A stretch of DNA of 64,000 nt from Actinomycetota bacterium (GTDB lineage Bacteria; Actinomycetota; Actinomycetes; Mycobacteriales; Mycobacteriaceae): positions 30,580-94,579 of the forward strand of contig JBKPSU010000008.1 in the NCBI GenBank assembly GCA_046735135.1, read 5' to 3'. The notes beneath the pieces are model-generated. The model had not been told where the DNA came from. It was given only the letters and a program-made list of their open reading frames with translations, and ran no database searches. How positions within the stretch are numbered: position 1 is the first letter of the stretch; each line of letters starts with the position of its first letter. Below are positions 40,288-50,805 of this stretch, piece after piece. Position numbers and translations under genes: made by a program.

Positions 40288-40289
40288 CG

Positions 40290-41051
40290 TCAGTCGGTGA
40301 GAACACCCGCGCGCTGCATCGCCGTCGTGATGAGCTCGAAATCGATGTGGCCGTGTTGACGTGCCAGATGGTCGGCATCGTCGGCACGGCCGTCGACGAT
40401 GGCAGCGACCAATTGTTGGTGTTCGCGTAGCGCGCGTAACTCCATGCTGCGCATGGTCGACGGCTCCCCCCAGAGATGTGCAGGCGCACCGATGGTCACG
40501 GTGGCCTTCACATCGAGCAGCACCTGCTTGAGGACGTCGTTGTGGGCGGCGTCCATGATCGCCAGGTGAAGCCGGCTGTCGGCCTGCTGGGCGTCCAGCC
40601 CGCTGTCCGCGCTTCGATAGGCCTCGAAACTGGCCTGGATCACCGAAATGTCGTGTTCGGTACGGAACTCCGCGGCGGCACGGCTGACGGTGCCCTGCAA
40701 CCGACAGATGGCATCGCAGCGGTCGCGCAGTTCCCCGAGGCGGGCCCGCAGCGTGCGGCCGACCGCGTCGGTGGACGAGTCCGGCCACTGGTCGCGAACG
40801 TAGGACCCGCCGCCACGCCCCCTCCGGGTTTCGATCAGGCCCCGGTCGAGCAGGCGTGCCAGCGCCGCCCGCACCGTCATGCGTCCCGCCCCAAGCGAGG
40901 CGGCCAGGTCACGTTCGACCGGCAACCGCGCACCAGGCAGATACTCGCCGATCGCTATCGCAGTGATCAAGCGATCGGTGATCTCGTCGACGCGAGAGGG
41001 TGAGTCACGTTGCTGGTGGAGCAATCCTGCCGGTGCGCCGTTGTGCGCCAT
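40290..41051 (-). CDS. GntR-family regulator with FadR-type C-terminal (FCD) domain
   Basis: N-terminal wHTH (LPVERDLAASLGAGRMTVRAALARL) and a His-containing FCD helical bundle. Confidence 0.85.
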   Translation of the reverse strand: MAHNGAPAGLLHQQRDSPSRVDEITDRLITAIAIGEYLPGARLPVERDLAASLGAGRMTVRAALARLLDRGLIETRRGRGGGSYVRDQWPDSSTDAVGRTLRARLGELRDRCDAICRLQGTVSRAAAEFRTEHDISVIQASFEAYRSADSGLDAQQADSRLHLAIMDAAHNDVLKQVLLDVKATVTIGAPAHLWGEPSTMRSMELRALREHQQLVAAIVDGRADDADHLARQHGHIDFELITTAMQRAGVLTD

Positions 41052-41096
41052 GCGTAGTTCCTTCGTCGTCAGCTCAAATGTTAAATCCCGATCAAT

Positions 41097-41113
41097 GGTC
41101 TTGTCATGAGACC
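41097..41113. promoter_or_regulatory. Inverted repeat in the GntR/iminopeptidase divergent region (candidate GntR operator)
   Basis: GGTCT-TGTCATG-AGACC, 13 nt upstream of the iminopeptidase ATG and overlapping its RBS region. Confidence 0.35.
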
Positions 41114-41125
41114 TTTAGGAGGTTC

Positions 41126-42049
41126 ATGCTGAACGCCATGGCTCGTACAACCCAGATGGTCCCGTTCCGCAGCCACGAAACCTGGGTCCAGATCACCGCG
41201 CCCGACGATCCCCGCCCCGGCACCCTGCCCCTCTTCGTTCTGCACGGCGGACCGGGTATGGCGCACAACTATGTCCGCAACTTCGCCGAACTCGCAGGCG
41301 AGACCGGTCGCACCGTCGTCCACTACGACCAGATCGGTTGCGGCAACAGCACGCATCTACCTGACGCACCCGCCGACTTCTGGACACCGGCCCTCTTCGT
41401 CGAGGAGTTCCACACGGTCCGCGAAGCGCTGGGCGTCGACGAGTACCACATCCTCGGCCAGTCCTGGGGCGGCATGCTGAGCGCCGAGATCGCGGTCCTG
41501 CAGCCGCCGGGCCTGAAGTCGGTGGCGATCTGCAACTCCCCCGCGTCGATGGAGCTCTGGATGGCCGGTTGCGCCGAGCTGTGCGCCGCGCTGCCACCCG
41601 AGATCCAGGACGCGCTGACACGTCACGAAGAAGCGGGCACCGTCACCGATCCGGAGTACCTGGCGGCGACCGACGAGTTCTACCGGCGCCATCTGTGCCG
41701 GGTCGTGCCGATGCCGCAGGACCTTGTCGACACCATCGAGCAGATGGAGGCCGAGCCGACGGTGTACCACACCATGAACGGCCCCAACGAATTTCACGTG
41801 CTCGGCACATTGCGCGGCTGGAGCATCATCGACCGGCTGCCGCAGATCACCGCACCCACGCTGGTCATCGCAGGCGAGTTCGACGAGGCGACCCCGGAAA
41901 CCTGGCAGCCCTACGTCGACCGGATCGCCGGCGCGGAGAGCCATGTCTTTCCCGACACCAGCCACTGCTCGCATCTGGAGAAGCCGCAAGAGGTTCGCGC
42001 CGTCGTCGGCGAATTCCTCGCCCGCCACGACGCCACCGCCCGTGTCTAG
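41126..42049 (+). CDS. Proline iminopeptidase-family alpha/beta hydrolase
   Basis: TAGGAGG RBS. HGGPGM oxyanion motif, nucleophile elbow GQSWGG, and C-terminal His (SHCSHLE). Confidence 0.85.
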   Translation: MLNAMARTTQMVPFRSHETWVQITAPDDPRPGTLPLFVLHGGPGMAHNYVRNFAELAGETGRTVVHYDQIGCGNSTHLPDAPADFWTPALFVEEFHTVREALGVDEYHILGQSWGGMLSAEIAVLQPPGLKSVAICNSPASMELWMAGCAELCAALPPEIQDALTRHEEAGTVTDPEYLAATDEFYRRHLCRVVPMPQDLVDTIEQMEAEPTVYHTMNGPNEFHVLGTLRGWSIIDRLPQITAPTLVIAGEFDEATPETWQPYVDRIAGAESHVFPDTSHCSHLEKPQEVRAVVGEFLARHDATARV

Positions 42050-42074
42050 CCAACCCCGACCCGACAGGACAGCC

Positions 42075-43490
42075 ATGGAAGGCCAACGCAGCCTCGAATC
42101 CTTCGGTTACAAGCAGGAATTGCACCGCTCGGTCGCCACCGTCGACCTCGTGATCTACGGCCTGGTGTTCATGGTGCCGATCGCACCGTGGGCGATCTTC
42201 GGCACCGTCTACAACAGCGCATCGGGCATGGTGCCGCTGGTCTACGTCATCGGTCTGATAGCCATGGTGTTCACGGCGATGGCTTACGCGCAGATGGCCA
42301 AGTCGTTCCCGTTGGCGGGTTCGGTGTTCTCGTACGTCGGCCGCGGAATCCACCCGGGTGCAGGCTTTTTCGCGGGCTGGGCGATCCTGCTCGACTACCT
42401 GTTGGTACCGACGCTGCTCTACGTGTTCGCCGCCGAATCGATGATCGGCTTGTTCCCGAGCACACCGCGGTGGATGTGGGCCATCGTGTTCGTGATCGTG
42501 AACACCATCATCAACCTGCTCGGCGTCGACTCCTTGAAGATGGCCAACCGCGTGTTCCTCGCGATCGAATTGGTCTTCCTTGCCATCTTCGTGGTCATCG
42601 CGGTGCGCGCCATCAGCGGTGGTTCACTTCCCAACGTCGGCTGGAGCACCACACCCATCTGGAACTCCGACCTCGTCAGCGCCCCGCTGATCGCCTCGGC
42701 GCTGTCGATCGCAGTCCTGAGCTTCCTTGGATTCGACGGGATATCCACGCTCGCAGAGGAATCCACCGGCAAGCGCAACCCTGCCGGCAAGGCGATGGTC
42801 GTGTCGCTGTTCATCGTGGCGTTCCTGTTCATCACGCAGACCTGGCTGGCCAGTCTGCTCGCAGGCGGCCGCGAGTCATTCAGCGACGACGAAGCCGGCA
42901 ACGCGTTCTTCCATCTGGTCGAAGCCGCGTCCAACACCGGCTGGATGAACGCATTCTTCGTCGTCAACGTGCTCGCCGTCGGGTTCGCCAACGCCATGGC
43001 CGCCCAAGCGGCGACCAGCAGGCTGCTGTACTCGATGAGCCGGGATCGCCAACTGCCCAGCTTCCTCTCGAAGATCAGCTCGCGACAGGTTCCGATCAAC
43101 GCCATCCTCGTTGTCAGCGCGATCAGCGTCGTGCTGGTCCTGTTCTTCGTCGGCCAGATCGGGTTGATCTCGTCCCTGGTGAACTTCGGCGCGCTGTTCG
43201 CGTTCTGCCTGCTGCACATCTCGGTTGTCTGGTACTACATCGGGCACAGGAAGTCGAAGAACTATCTGCTGCACCTGGTCGTGCCGACGCTCGGCTTCCT
43301 GATCATCGGCTACGTGCTGTTCAACGCCGACCCGCTCGCCAAGATCGGCGGCATCGTGTGGCTGGCCATCGGCGCGGTGGTGTTCATCGTCAACCGGGTC
43401 ACCGGCCGGGGCCTGCCGGACTTCAGCGAGGAAAGGCCGGTCGAGGGCGAAGGCGTCGCCACGGAGTCCGCAAAAACAGTGCAGGAGTAG
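42075..43490 (+). CDS. APC-superfamily amino acid/polyamine permease
   Basis: About 12 predicted TM segments, with an N-terminus of LKRSL type (ELHRSVATVDLVIYGLVFMVPIAP). 471 aa from ATG 42075. Confidence 0.85.
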   Translation: MEGQRSLESFGYKQELHRSVATVDLVIYGLVFMVPIAPWAIFGTVYNSASGMVPLVYVIGLIAMVFTAMAYAQMAKSFPLAGSVFSYVGRGIHPGAGFFAGWAILLDYLLVPTLLYVFAAESMIGLFPSTPRWMWAIVFVIVNTIINLLGVDSLKMANRVFLAIELVFLAIFVVIAVRAISGGSLPNVGWSTTPIWNSDLVSAPLIASALSIAVLSFLGFDGISTLAEESTGKRNPAGKAMVVSLFIVAFLFITQTWLASLLAGGRESFSDDEAGNAFFHLVEAASNTGWMNAFFVVNVLAVGFANAMAAQAATSRLLYSMSRDRQLPSFLSKISSRQVPINAILVVSAISVVLVLFFVGQIGLISSLVNFGALFAFCLLHISVVWYYIGHRKSKNYLLHLVVPTLGFLIIGYVLFNADPLAKIGGIVWLAIGAVVFIVNRVTGRGLPDFSEERPVEGEGVATESAKTVQE

Positions 43491-43496
43491 GAGGGC

Positions 43497-43561
43497 CGGC
43501 CGAGCGCGCACTCTTGTACGTGACACGCCGAGCGCGACGTACAAGGCTGCGCGCTCGCGGC
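43497..43561. terminator. Long imperfect hairpin between convergent genes
   Basis: GAGCGCGCACTCTTGTACGT (43502-43521) pairs with ACGTACAAGGCTGCGCGCTC (43537-43556) at 18 of 20 positions, with GC-rich extensions. GCCGAGCGCG also occurs twice as a direct repeat. Confidence 0.55.
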
Positions 43562-43565
43562 CGAC

Positions 43566-44777
43566 TCACGACAGTGAACCGCGCAGTGGGCCAACGAGAT
43601 CGCCGCGGTCGCCGACCGTGACGTCGGTCAGCCCGAGCCACGACGCCATCGATCGCAACTCCGCGGCCAGTGCCGTCGCGACCCGCCCCGCGTCTTGCCC
43701 CGGTTCAGTGAACGCGCCGGCGACGTTCAGGGCGTCAGACGTGCGTTCGGCCTTCAGGTCGACTCGGCCGACCAGCTGCCCGTCGAGCAGGAAAGGCCAT
43801 ACGTAGTAACCGAATTGGCGCTTCGGCGCAGGCGTGTAGATCTCGATGCGGTAGTGGAAGCCGAACAGCCGCTCGATGCGAGGCCGGAAGAAGATCAAGG
43901 GATCGAACGGGCACAGCAGCGCGGTGCCGCGGTCGAAGCGCGGCACGATCTGCCCCGCCCGTAGATAGGCCGGGCCCTTCCAGCCCTCCACCTCGACCTG
44001 TTCCAGCTCTCCGTCGGCAACCAGCTTGGCGAGCGCCGGCTTGATCTGTCCGGCGGCCAGCCGGAAGTAGTCGCGGATGTCGGGCTCGGTCCCGACGCCG
44101 AGCGCGGTGGCCGCGCGCAGCGTGAGCTCGCGGACGGCTTCGTCGTCGTCCACCTCGCGCGCAAGCACTTCCGGCGGCAGCACGTTTTCGGTCAGGTCGT
44201 AGTGCCGGGCGAATCCGACGCGGGTGGCGGTGGTCAGTACGCCGGCGGCGAACAGCGCTTCGGCGACCCACTTGGTGTCACTGCGGTCCCACCACGGGCC
44301 CTTCCTGCCGCGCGGCTCGGATTCCAGGTGCGCCTCGATCTGGCCCGACGTCGACGGCCCGAGCTCGGCGACGGCCGCGATGATGTCGTCGGCCAGCTTC
44401 GCGTTCTTCTTGACGATCTCCTTGCCCCACCGCCCGTGGGTGTATTCCCGCATCCGCCATCGCAGCAGCGGCCAGTCGTCGACGGCCATCAGCGCGGCCT
44501 CGTGCGCCCAGTACTCGACGAGCAGCCGTGGCGAACGCGCGCTGTGGCTCCATGCGGCGCGGTCGACGACGTCGCGGTCGTACGGGCCCAGGCGGCTGAA
44601 CACAGGCGCGTAATGCGCCCGCACCGCCACAGACACCGAGTCGAGCTGCAGCACCTGGATCCGGGAGATCAACCGCCGCAGGTGCGCACGGGTGACGGCG
44701 CCGCGCGGCTTCTGCTCGTGGAAGCCCTGCGCGGCCACAGCCACTCTCCGGGCCTGGGCGGCGGTGAGCGTACTCAT
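43566..44777 (-). CDS. Winged-helix DUF1006 / YcaQ-AlkZ-like putative DNA glycosylase
   Basis: Family-typical length and sequence (AQGFHEQKP...[12 protein letters not shown] with a Q-hydrophobic-D motif; [19 protein letters not shown] at the C-terminus). ATG 44777 overlaps the dfrA stop. Confidence 0.7.
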   Translation of the reverse strand: MSTLTAAQARRVAVAAQGFHEQKPRGAVTRAHLRRLISRIQVLQLDSVSVAVRAHYAPVFSRLGPYDRDVVDRAAWSHSARSPRLLVEYWAHEAALMAVDDWPLLRWRMREYTHGRWGKEIVKKNAKLADDIIAAVAELGPSTSGQIEAHLESEPRGRKGPWWDRSDTKWVAEALFAAGVLTTATRVGFARHYDLTENVLPPEVLAREVDDDEAVRELTLRAATALGVGTEPDIRDYFRLAAGQIKPALAKLVADGELEQVEVEGWKGPAYLRAGQIVPRFDRGTALLCPFDPLIFFRPRIERLFGFHYRIEIYTPAPKRQFGYYVWPFLLDGQLVGRVDLKAERTSDALNVAGAFTEPGQDAGRVATALAAELRSMASWLGLTDVTVGDRGDLVGPLRGSLS

Positions 44778-45256
44778 GCCCTTATGTAGGTGTGGAACCG
44801 GTAGCGCAGGCCGGAACTGCTGCTGCGCCAGTCCGCGGTGGTACCGACCCACGATTCGTCGAGCACCGGTGCGACGGCGTCACCGTCTTCGCGGCGCAGG
44901 TCGATGTCCACCTCGGTGACCTCGCAGCGGGTTGCCGCGGGCAAGGCCAGCGCGTAAATCTCCTCGCCGCCGATCACCCATGTCTCATCGTCGGTGAGCG
45001 CCGCGTCCAGGCCGCCCACGACCGTCGCTCCCTCGGCCATGTAATCAGCTTGCCTGGTCACTACGACATTTCTGCGGCCGGGCAACGGGCGCACCTTGGC
45101 GGGCAGCGACTCCCAGGTCAGGCGGCCCATCACCACGGTGTGACCGAGCGTCAGTTCCTTGAAGCGGGCCTGATCCTCTGGCAGCTGCCACGGGATGCCG
45201 CCGGCGCGGCCGATCACACCGGAGGGCGACTGGGCCCAGATGAGGCCCACACTCAT
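44774..45256 (-). CDS. dfrA: Dihydrofolate reductase
   Basis: [34 protein letters not shown]... classical DHFR N-terminus. 160 aa. Overlaps the thyA stop by 4 nt. Confidence 0.95.
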   Translation of the reverse strand: MSVGLIWAQSPSGVIGRAGGIPWQLPEDQARFKELTLGHTVVMGRLTWESLPAKVRPLPGRRNVVVTRQADYMAEGATVVGGLDAALTDDETWVIGGEEIYALALPAATRCEVTEVDIDLRREDGDAVAPVLDESWVGTTADWRSSSSGLRYRFHTYIRA

Positions 45257-46053
45257 ACGGCTACGGGTGCCTTGATCGCCGGGTGCGGGTCGTAGTTGTT
45301 GATGGCGATGTCGTCGTAGGTGTAGTCGAATATCGAATCCCGCGGCGCCAGAACGAGTTCCGGGTACGGTCGCGGGTCCCGGCTCAACTGTTCGGTGACC
45401 TGCTCGACGTGGTTGTCGTAGATGTGGCAGTCGCCGCCGGTCCAGATGAACTCACCGACGTCCAGCCCGGCCTGCGCCGCCATCATGTGGGTGAGCAGCG
45501 CATAGCTCGCGATGTTGAACGGCACCCCGAGGAACAGGTCGGCGCTGCGTTGATAGAGCTGGCAGCTCAGCGCGCCGTCGGCGACATAGAACTGGAAGAA
45601 CGCGTGGCACGGCGGCAGCGCCATCTGCGGGATCTCGCCGACGTTCCACGCGGAGACGATGTTGCGCCGCGAGTCAGGATCGGTCTTCAGCAGCTCGAGC
45701 GCCGCACTGATCTGGTCGATGTGCTCCCCGGACGGCGTCGGCCATGACCGCCATTGCACGCCGTAGACCGGCCCGAGATCGCCTGTCTGGCTTGCCCATT
45801 CGTCCCAAATGGTGACGCCGTGGTCCTGCAGCCATCGCACATTCGAGTCGCCGCGCAGGAACCACAGCAGTTCGTAGATCACCGACTTGGTGTGTACCTT
45901 TTTGGTGGTGATCAGCGGAAAGCCCGCCGCGAGCTGGTAGCGCAGCTGGTGGCCGAACAGGCTGCGGGTGCCGGTGCCGGTGCGGTCCGATTTGGGAGTA
46001 CCCCGCTCCATCACCACCCGCAACAAGTCCTCGTATGGCGTGGCGATCGGCAC
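45253..46053 (-). CDS. thyA: Thymidylate synthase ThyA
   Basis: [24 protein letters not shown] active-site Cys, and [19 protein letters not shown] 46053 gives 266 aa; the ORF-track extension is not homologous. Confidence 0.95.
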   Translation of the reverse strand: MPIATPYEDLLRVVMERGTPKSDRTGTGTRSLFGHQLRYQLAAGFPLITTKKVHTKSVIYELLWFLRGDSNVRWLQDHGVTIWDEWASQTGDLGPVYGVQWRSWPTPSGEHIDQISAALELLKTDPDSRRNIVSAWNVGEIPQMALPPCHAFFQFYVADGALSCQLYQRSADLFLGVPFNIASYALLTHMMAAQAGLDVGEFIWTGGDCHIYDNHVEQVTEQLSRDPRPYPELVLAPRDSIFDYTYDDIAINNYDPHPAIKAPVAV

Positions 46054-46095
46054 GCCGCCAAGCTTACGTCCAGACCGCTGGCGTAGAACGGAACC

Positions 46096-46833
46096 ATGCC
46101 GAGTGTCTCCGCGACCGTCACCACGCCAGACGGCACCTGCCCTGTCACCCTGCACACCCCCGAAGGACCCGGCCCGTGGCCGGGGGCGGTCATGTATGTG
46201 GACGCTGGCGGCGTCCGCGACACCATGCAGGAAATGGCCGCACACCTCGCGACCCACGGCTACGCGGTGCTGGTGCCCGACGTGTACTACCGGCACGGCG
46301 ACTGGAAGCCGTTCGACATGCGGACCGCGTTCACCGACCACGAGGAGCGCACCCGGCTCATGGGGATGGTCGGCTCGGTGACGCCCAATATGATTGCCAG
46401 CGACGCCGGCGCGTTCTTCGACTTCCTCGAGCAACGGCCCGAGGTGAAGGGCTCTCGCTTCGGCGTCTTCGGATACTGCATGGGTGGCCGGACCTCTATG
46501 ATCGTGGCCGGACGCCAGCCCGATCGCGTCGCCGCGGCCGGTTCATTCCACGGCGGCGGCCTGGTCACCGATGACCCGAACAGTCCGCACCTGCTGGCCG
46601 ACCGGATGAAGGGAACCGTCTATGTGGCAGGCGCGACGAACGACGGCAGCTTCACCACCGAGCACGCCGAGACGCTGGACAAAGCGCTGACGGCGGCTGC
46701 CGTCGAGCACATGGTCGAGTTCTATCCGGCCGGGCACGGTTTCGCGGTGCCCGACAATCCGCCCTACGACAAGGCCGCCGCGGACCGGCACTGGGCCGCG
46801 CTCAAGCGGTTGTTCGGCGCCTCGCTGGCCTGA
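46096..46833 (+). CDS. Dienelactone hydrolase-family protein
   Basis: Alpha/beta hydrolase with FGYCMGG nucleophile motif and C-terminal GHGF. Rv2765-like position next to thyA. Confidence 0.85.
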   Translation: MPSVSATVTTPDGTCPVTLHTPEGPGPWPGAVMYVDAGGVRDTMQEMAAHLATHGYAVLVPDVYYRHGDWKPFDMRTAFTDHEERTRLMGMVGSVTPNMIASDAGAFFDFLEQRPEVKGSRFGVFGYCMGGRTSMIVAGRQPDRVAAAGSFHGGGLVTDDPNSPHLLADRMKGTVYVAGATNDGSFTTEHAETLDKALTAAAVEHMVEFYPAGHGFAVPDNPPYDKAAADRHWAALKRLFGASLA

Positions 46834-46925
46834 CCTGGCCAGACCCCGATGTTGGCGGGGCGGCCCGGGTGGGAGACCATATCCGGGTGGACGAAGCACA
46901 CGACCAGAACGACGTCGGCTCGCGG

Positions 46926-47795
46926 ATGAACCCGGTACTGGCCCGGAGCTGGCTGCTCGTCAACGGCGCGCAGTACGACCGGTTCGCCCCGGCCGTGCAT
47001 TCCCGGGCCGACATCGTCGTCCTCGACATCGAGGACGCTGTCGCCCCCAAGGACAAGGTCGCCGCACGCGGCAACGTGATCAAATGGCTCGGCGAGGGCC
47101 ACAGCGACTGGGTCCGCGTCAACGGCTTTGGAACACAGTGGTGGCAGGACGACCTCGAATTGTTGTCAGGCAGCTCGGTGGGCGGGGTGATGCTGGCGAT
47201 GGTCGAATCCGTCGACCACGTCACGGAGACGGCCAAACGATTGCCGAACGTGCCGATCGTCGCCCTCGTCGAAACCGCCCGCGGGCTGGAGCGCATCACG
47301 GAAATCGCCGCCGCCAAGGGCACCTTCCGGCTGGCATTCGGCATCGGCGACTTCCGCCGGGACACCGGATTCGGCGACAACCCGACGACGCTGGCGTACG
47401 CGCGGTCGCGATTCACGATCGCGGCAAAGGCCGCGCACCTGCCGAGCGCCATCGACGGGCCGACCGTCGGCACCAGCGCGCTGAAGCTCAGTGAAGCGAC
47501 GGCGGTCTCCACCGAATTCGGGATGACCGGCAAGATCTGCCTTACTCCCGATCAGTGCCCGACCGTGAACGAGGGCCTTTCTCCCTCTGTCGAGGAGATC
47601 GCTTGGGCCAAGGAGTTTTTCACGGAATTCGAACGGGACGGCGGCGAGATCCGCAACGGCTCGGACCTACCGCGTATCGCCCGCGCGAACAAAATCCTCG
47701 ACCTCGCCCGCGCCTACGGCATCGAACCGTCGGAATTCGACGACGTCGATGAGCCTGCCCACATCCCCGCGCCGTCGGACACCTATCACTACTGA
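46926..47795 (+). CDS. HpcH/HpaI aldolase / citrate-lyase beta (CitE)-like protein
   Basis: DIVVLDIEDAVAP and VALVETARGL motifs. Start is ATG 46926 (alternative GTG 46869). Confidence 0.75.
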   Translation: MNPVLARSWLLVNGAQYDRFAPAVHSRADIVVLDIEDAVAPKDKVAARGNVIKWLGEGHSDWVRVNGFGTQWWQDDLELLSGSSVGGVMLAMVESVDHVTETAKRLPNVPIVALVETARGLERITEIAAAKGTFRLAFGIGDFRRDTGFGDNPTTLAYARSRFTIAAKAAHLPSAIDGPTVGTSALKLSEATAVSTEFGMTGKICLTPDQCPTVNEGLSPSVEEIAWAKEFFTEFERDGGEIRNGSDLPRIARANKILDLARAYGIEPSEFDDVDEPAHIPAPSDTYHY

Positions 47796-48265
47796 GGCTT
47801 CGCCTTGTCCTCGTCGCGGTCATCGCGATGCAGGAAGTTGCTTATCGCGCGCGCCAACCCGCGACCCGCGTAGATGGCGGCCACCACCGACAGAATGATC
47901 ATCACAATGAACATCACCAGCCAGTTGCTCCGGCTGTGGCTGACGTTCCACCAGATGATCGTGAACAACACCGCACAGATGAACACCACGATGTCGCGCC
48001 AGTTGCCCCGGTAGGAGACTGCGGCCTCACGAATGGCCCGGCTCTTTTCTGTCGCCTGCACCAGGCCGACGATGCGCTCGTCGATGCTGGCCCTGAGTCG
48101 AGCCTTCAACTCCGGCTGATCATCAGGAATTCGCTCTAGCAGGTCCATGTCCTTCGAAATCATGGCACGAACATCGGGTCCCTTGAAGCTTCCGGCGGCA
48201 GCTCCCAACAACGCGCCGCCTGCGATCGGAGCTGCGCCCAAAGCAAGTTCGGCAATACCGGGCAT
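47789..48265 (-). CDS. Hypothetical membrane protein
   Basis: Two C-terminal TM helices (IVVFICAVLFTIIWW; LVMFIVMIILSVVAAIYA). ATG 48265 has a strong GGAGGAGG RBS 5 nt upstream and is preferred over GTG 48283. Confidence 0.7.
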   Translation of the reverse strand: MPGIAELALGAAPIAGGALLGAAAGSFKGPDVRAMISKDMDLLERIPDDQPELKARLRASIDERIVGLVQATEKSRAIREAAVSYRGNWRDIVVFICAVLFTIIWWNVSHSRSNWLVMFIVMIILSVVAAIYAGRGLARAISNFLHRDDRDEDKAKPQ

Positions 48266-48279
48266 ATATTCCTCCTCCG

Positions 48280-48735
48280 TCACTCCATCAGCATCGCGGC
48301 CAACGTGCCGCCGAGCTCGTACGCCCGTTCGCGGACGCCGGCGTCGACGGAGCCCACGACCTCCAGTACGTCGGCGGCCTTGGCGAGCGCAAGCCCGGTC
48401 GCTAGCTTTTCTACCGCGTTGGCGGCCCCTACGGTGTCGTTATTGCCATGCACCCACAAGCCGTACGGTCGGCCGGCGACATGATCAAGGCTTGGGTAGT
48501 AGACGGTGTCGAAGAAGTGCTTCAGCGCCCCGGACATGTAGCCGAAGTTGGCGGTGGTGCCGAACAAGTAGCCGTCGGCGTCGAGCATGTCGGGGATCGT
48601 CGCAGCCAGGGCCGGCCGGACCTCGACGTCAACGCCCTCGATGTCGGGGTCGCGAGTTCCTTCCAACACAGCCTCGAGCAGTTCCCGCGTGCCCGGCGAC
48701 GGCGTGTGATGGACGATCAGCAGCCTCTTCGTCAT
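48280..48735 (-). CDS. Flavodoxin-like fold / NAD(P)H-dependent FMN reductase-like protein
   Basis: MTKRLLIVHHTPSPGTRELL start with GGAGAAGGA RBS. 151 aa. The upstream 137 codons in the ORF track are a shadow of the neighbouring gene. Confidence 0.7.
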   Translation of the reverse strand: MTKRLLIVHHTPSPGTRELLEAVLEGTRDPDIEGVDVEVRPALAATIPDMLDADGYLFGTTANFGYMSGALKHFFDTVYYPSLDHVAGRPYGLWVHGNNDTVGAANAVEKLATGLALAKAADVLEVVGSVDAGVRERAYELGGTLAAMLME

Positions 48736-49196
48736 TCCTTCTCCTGAAGCTCGACGGCCTTGCGCATCGCGTCTCGCGCCCGGCGACGGTCGCCGGCGTA
48801 GTCGTACGCCCGAGCAACCCGATACCACCGGCGCCAGTTGTCCGGATCCTGGTCCAGCTCTTCGCGCACGGTTTCGAACAACGCGTCGGCGGCGTCGCGC
48901 TGGACCCGGCCCGACGGCATCGTCGGCAGACCGCTGACATCGAGTTCGACTCCTTCGTCGCGGGCCAGCCGGGCCAGCCGTTGGTGCGCGAAGCCGGCCT
49001 GCAGCGTGGTGACCATCACCCAGATCCCGATAAGCGGCATCACCAGCACCGCGAGGCCCAGCCCTACCGCGGCAGCGCTGCCCGAGGTGATGAACGCCCA
49101 TGCGATGCGACCGAGCAGCAGGAAGTAGACGACCAGTGCCACGCACATGAAGCCGATGACCAGCTGGATGCGCAGCGCACGGCCGCCTTCTGTCAT
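48732..49196 (-). CDS. Conserved membrane protein with helical C-terminal domain (Rv2772c-like)
   Basis: Two TM helices followed by a soluble helical tail. ATGA overlap with the downstream flavodoxin-like gene. Immediately downstream of dapB. Confidence 0.7.
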   Translation of the reverse strand: MTEGGRALRIQLVIGFMCVALVVYFLLLGRIAWAFITSGSAAAVGLGLAVLVMPLIGIWVMVTTLQAGFAHQRLARLARDEGVELDVSGLPTMPSGRVQRDAADALFETVREELDQDPDNWRRWYRVARAYDYAGDRRRARDAMRKAVELQEKE

Positions 49197-49202
49197 GTCA
49201 GG

Positions 49203-49949
<747 letters not shown>

Positions 49950-49977
49950 CTAGTTCGTCGGGTGGGGCCCCAGCGCG

Positions 49978-50417
49978 CTACGGACTCGCCAGCGCCTTTG
50001 CGCAACCGGCGAGAATCGCGCGAAACAGAAGCGAGCGGACCAGTTGCAAGGTGACCAGCTCCACCACTTTGCCGCCGCCGCGAGCCGGAAGCGTGTAGCC
50101 GCTCACCCATTCGACATCGGTGCCGTCGCCCGATGCGTGCACGTGAGCGTCCCGCCCTGGTGTTGGGAGGCCGGGAACGAGCGGAGAACGACGTAGGAGC
50201 AGCGCCGGGGCGGGTCGTAGGCCGTGATCTGTTCGTGCACCCAGAAGCCGTACCCGGTGACCTCCCGTACCGCTCCCACGCCGGGGCCCGACGAGTCCTT
50301 GGCCCAACCAGCTTTGCGAACCACGGGAGAGGCAGTCAGGTTGGCCGGGTCGAGCAGCCAGTCGAAAACCCGTTCCGGCGATGCTGCGATCGTCCGCTCC
50401 ACGCGAATCTCGGCCAC
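49978..50417 (-). pseudogene. SRPBCC (polyketide cyclase/START-like) gene with an apparent 1-nt frameshift
   Basis: The N-terminal part (VAEIRVERTIAASPERVFDWLLDPANL...SQHQGGTLT) ends at 50103 after an out-of-frame tail. The C-terminal part (ASGDGTDVEWVSGYTLPARGGGKVVELV...AKALASP) continues in another frame. The total span of 440 nt is not a multiple of 3. Confidence 0.6.
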
Positions 50418-50615
50418 TAGATTTCCCGCCCTGGTGCTGGCGTTTTCCCGCGGGAACTCTAGACGCCGCCGCGACTCTCGCGAGGGATGTTCACTGACAC
50501 ATACCGGCGCCGGCGACCATGTCGTGACTGACTGCCACAACGTTTCAGCCATCACCGCAGTTACACACAACTTGCGACCCTGACAAAAAGTATGAGTCAG
50601 TAGAGGACTGTAGGA

Positions 50616-50631
50616 TCGAACGTATATTCGA
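50616..50631. promoter_or_regulatory. Near-consensus SOS box
   Basis: TCGAAC-GTAT-ATTCGA, one mismatch to TCGAAC-N4-GTTCGA. It lies in an AT-rich, otherwise unassigned 390-nt region. Confidence 0.4.
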
Positions 50632-50805
50632 ATCATGGCGCCGACGGAGCTAATGCCACCGCCGGCTCGCACCGTCAGGAGTCAATGCTGGAGCACGAGC
50701 CCGTTCTGCGCCTGGATAAACGACTGGATGGAACCCAAAGAGCTGCCATCTGATTGGCGGCCGCCACCGGATCCTCCGCCATTACCGGACGACCCACCGT
50801 TCTGA

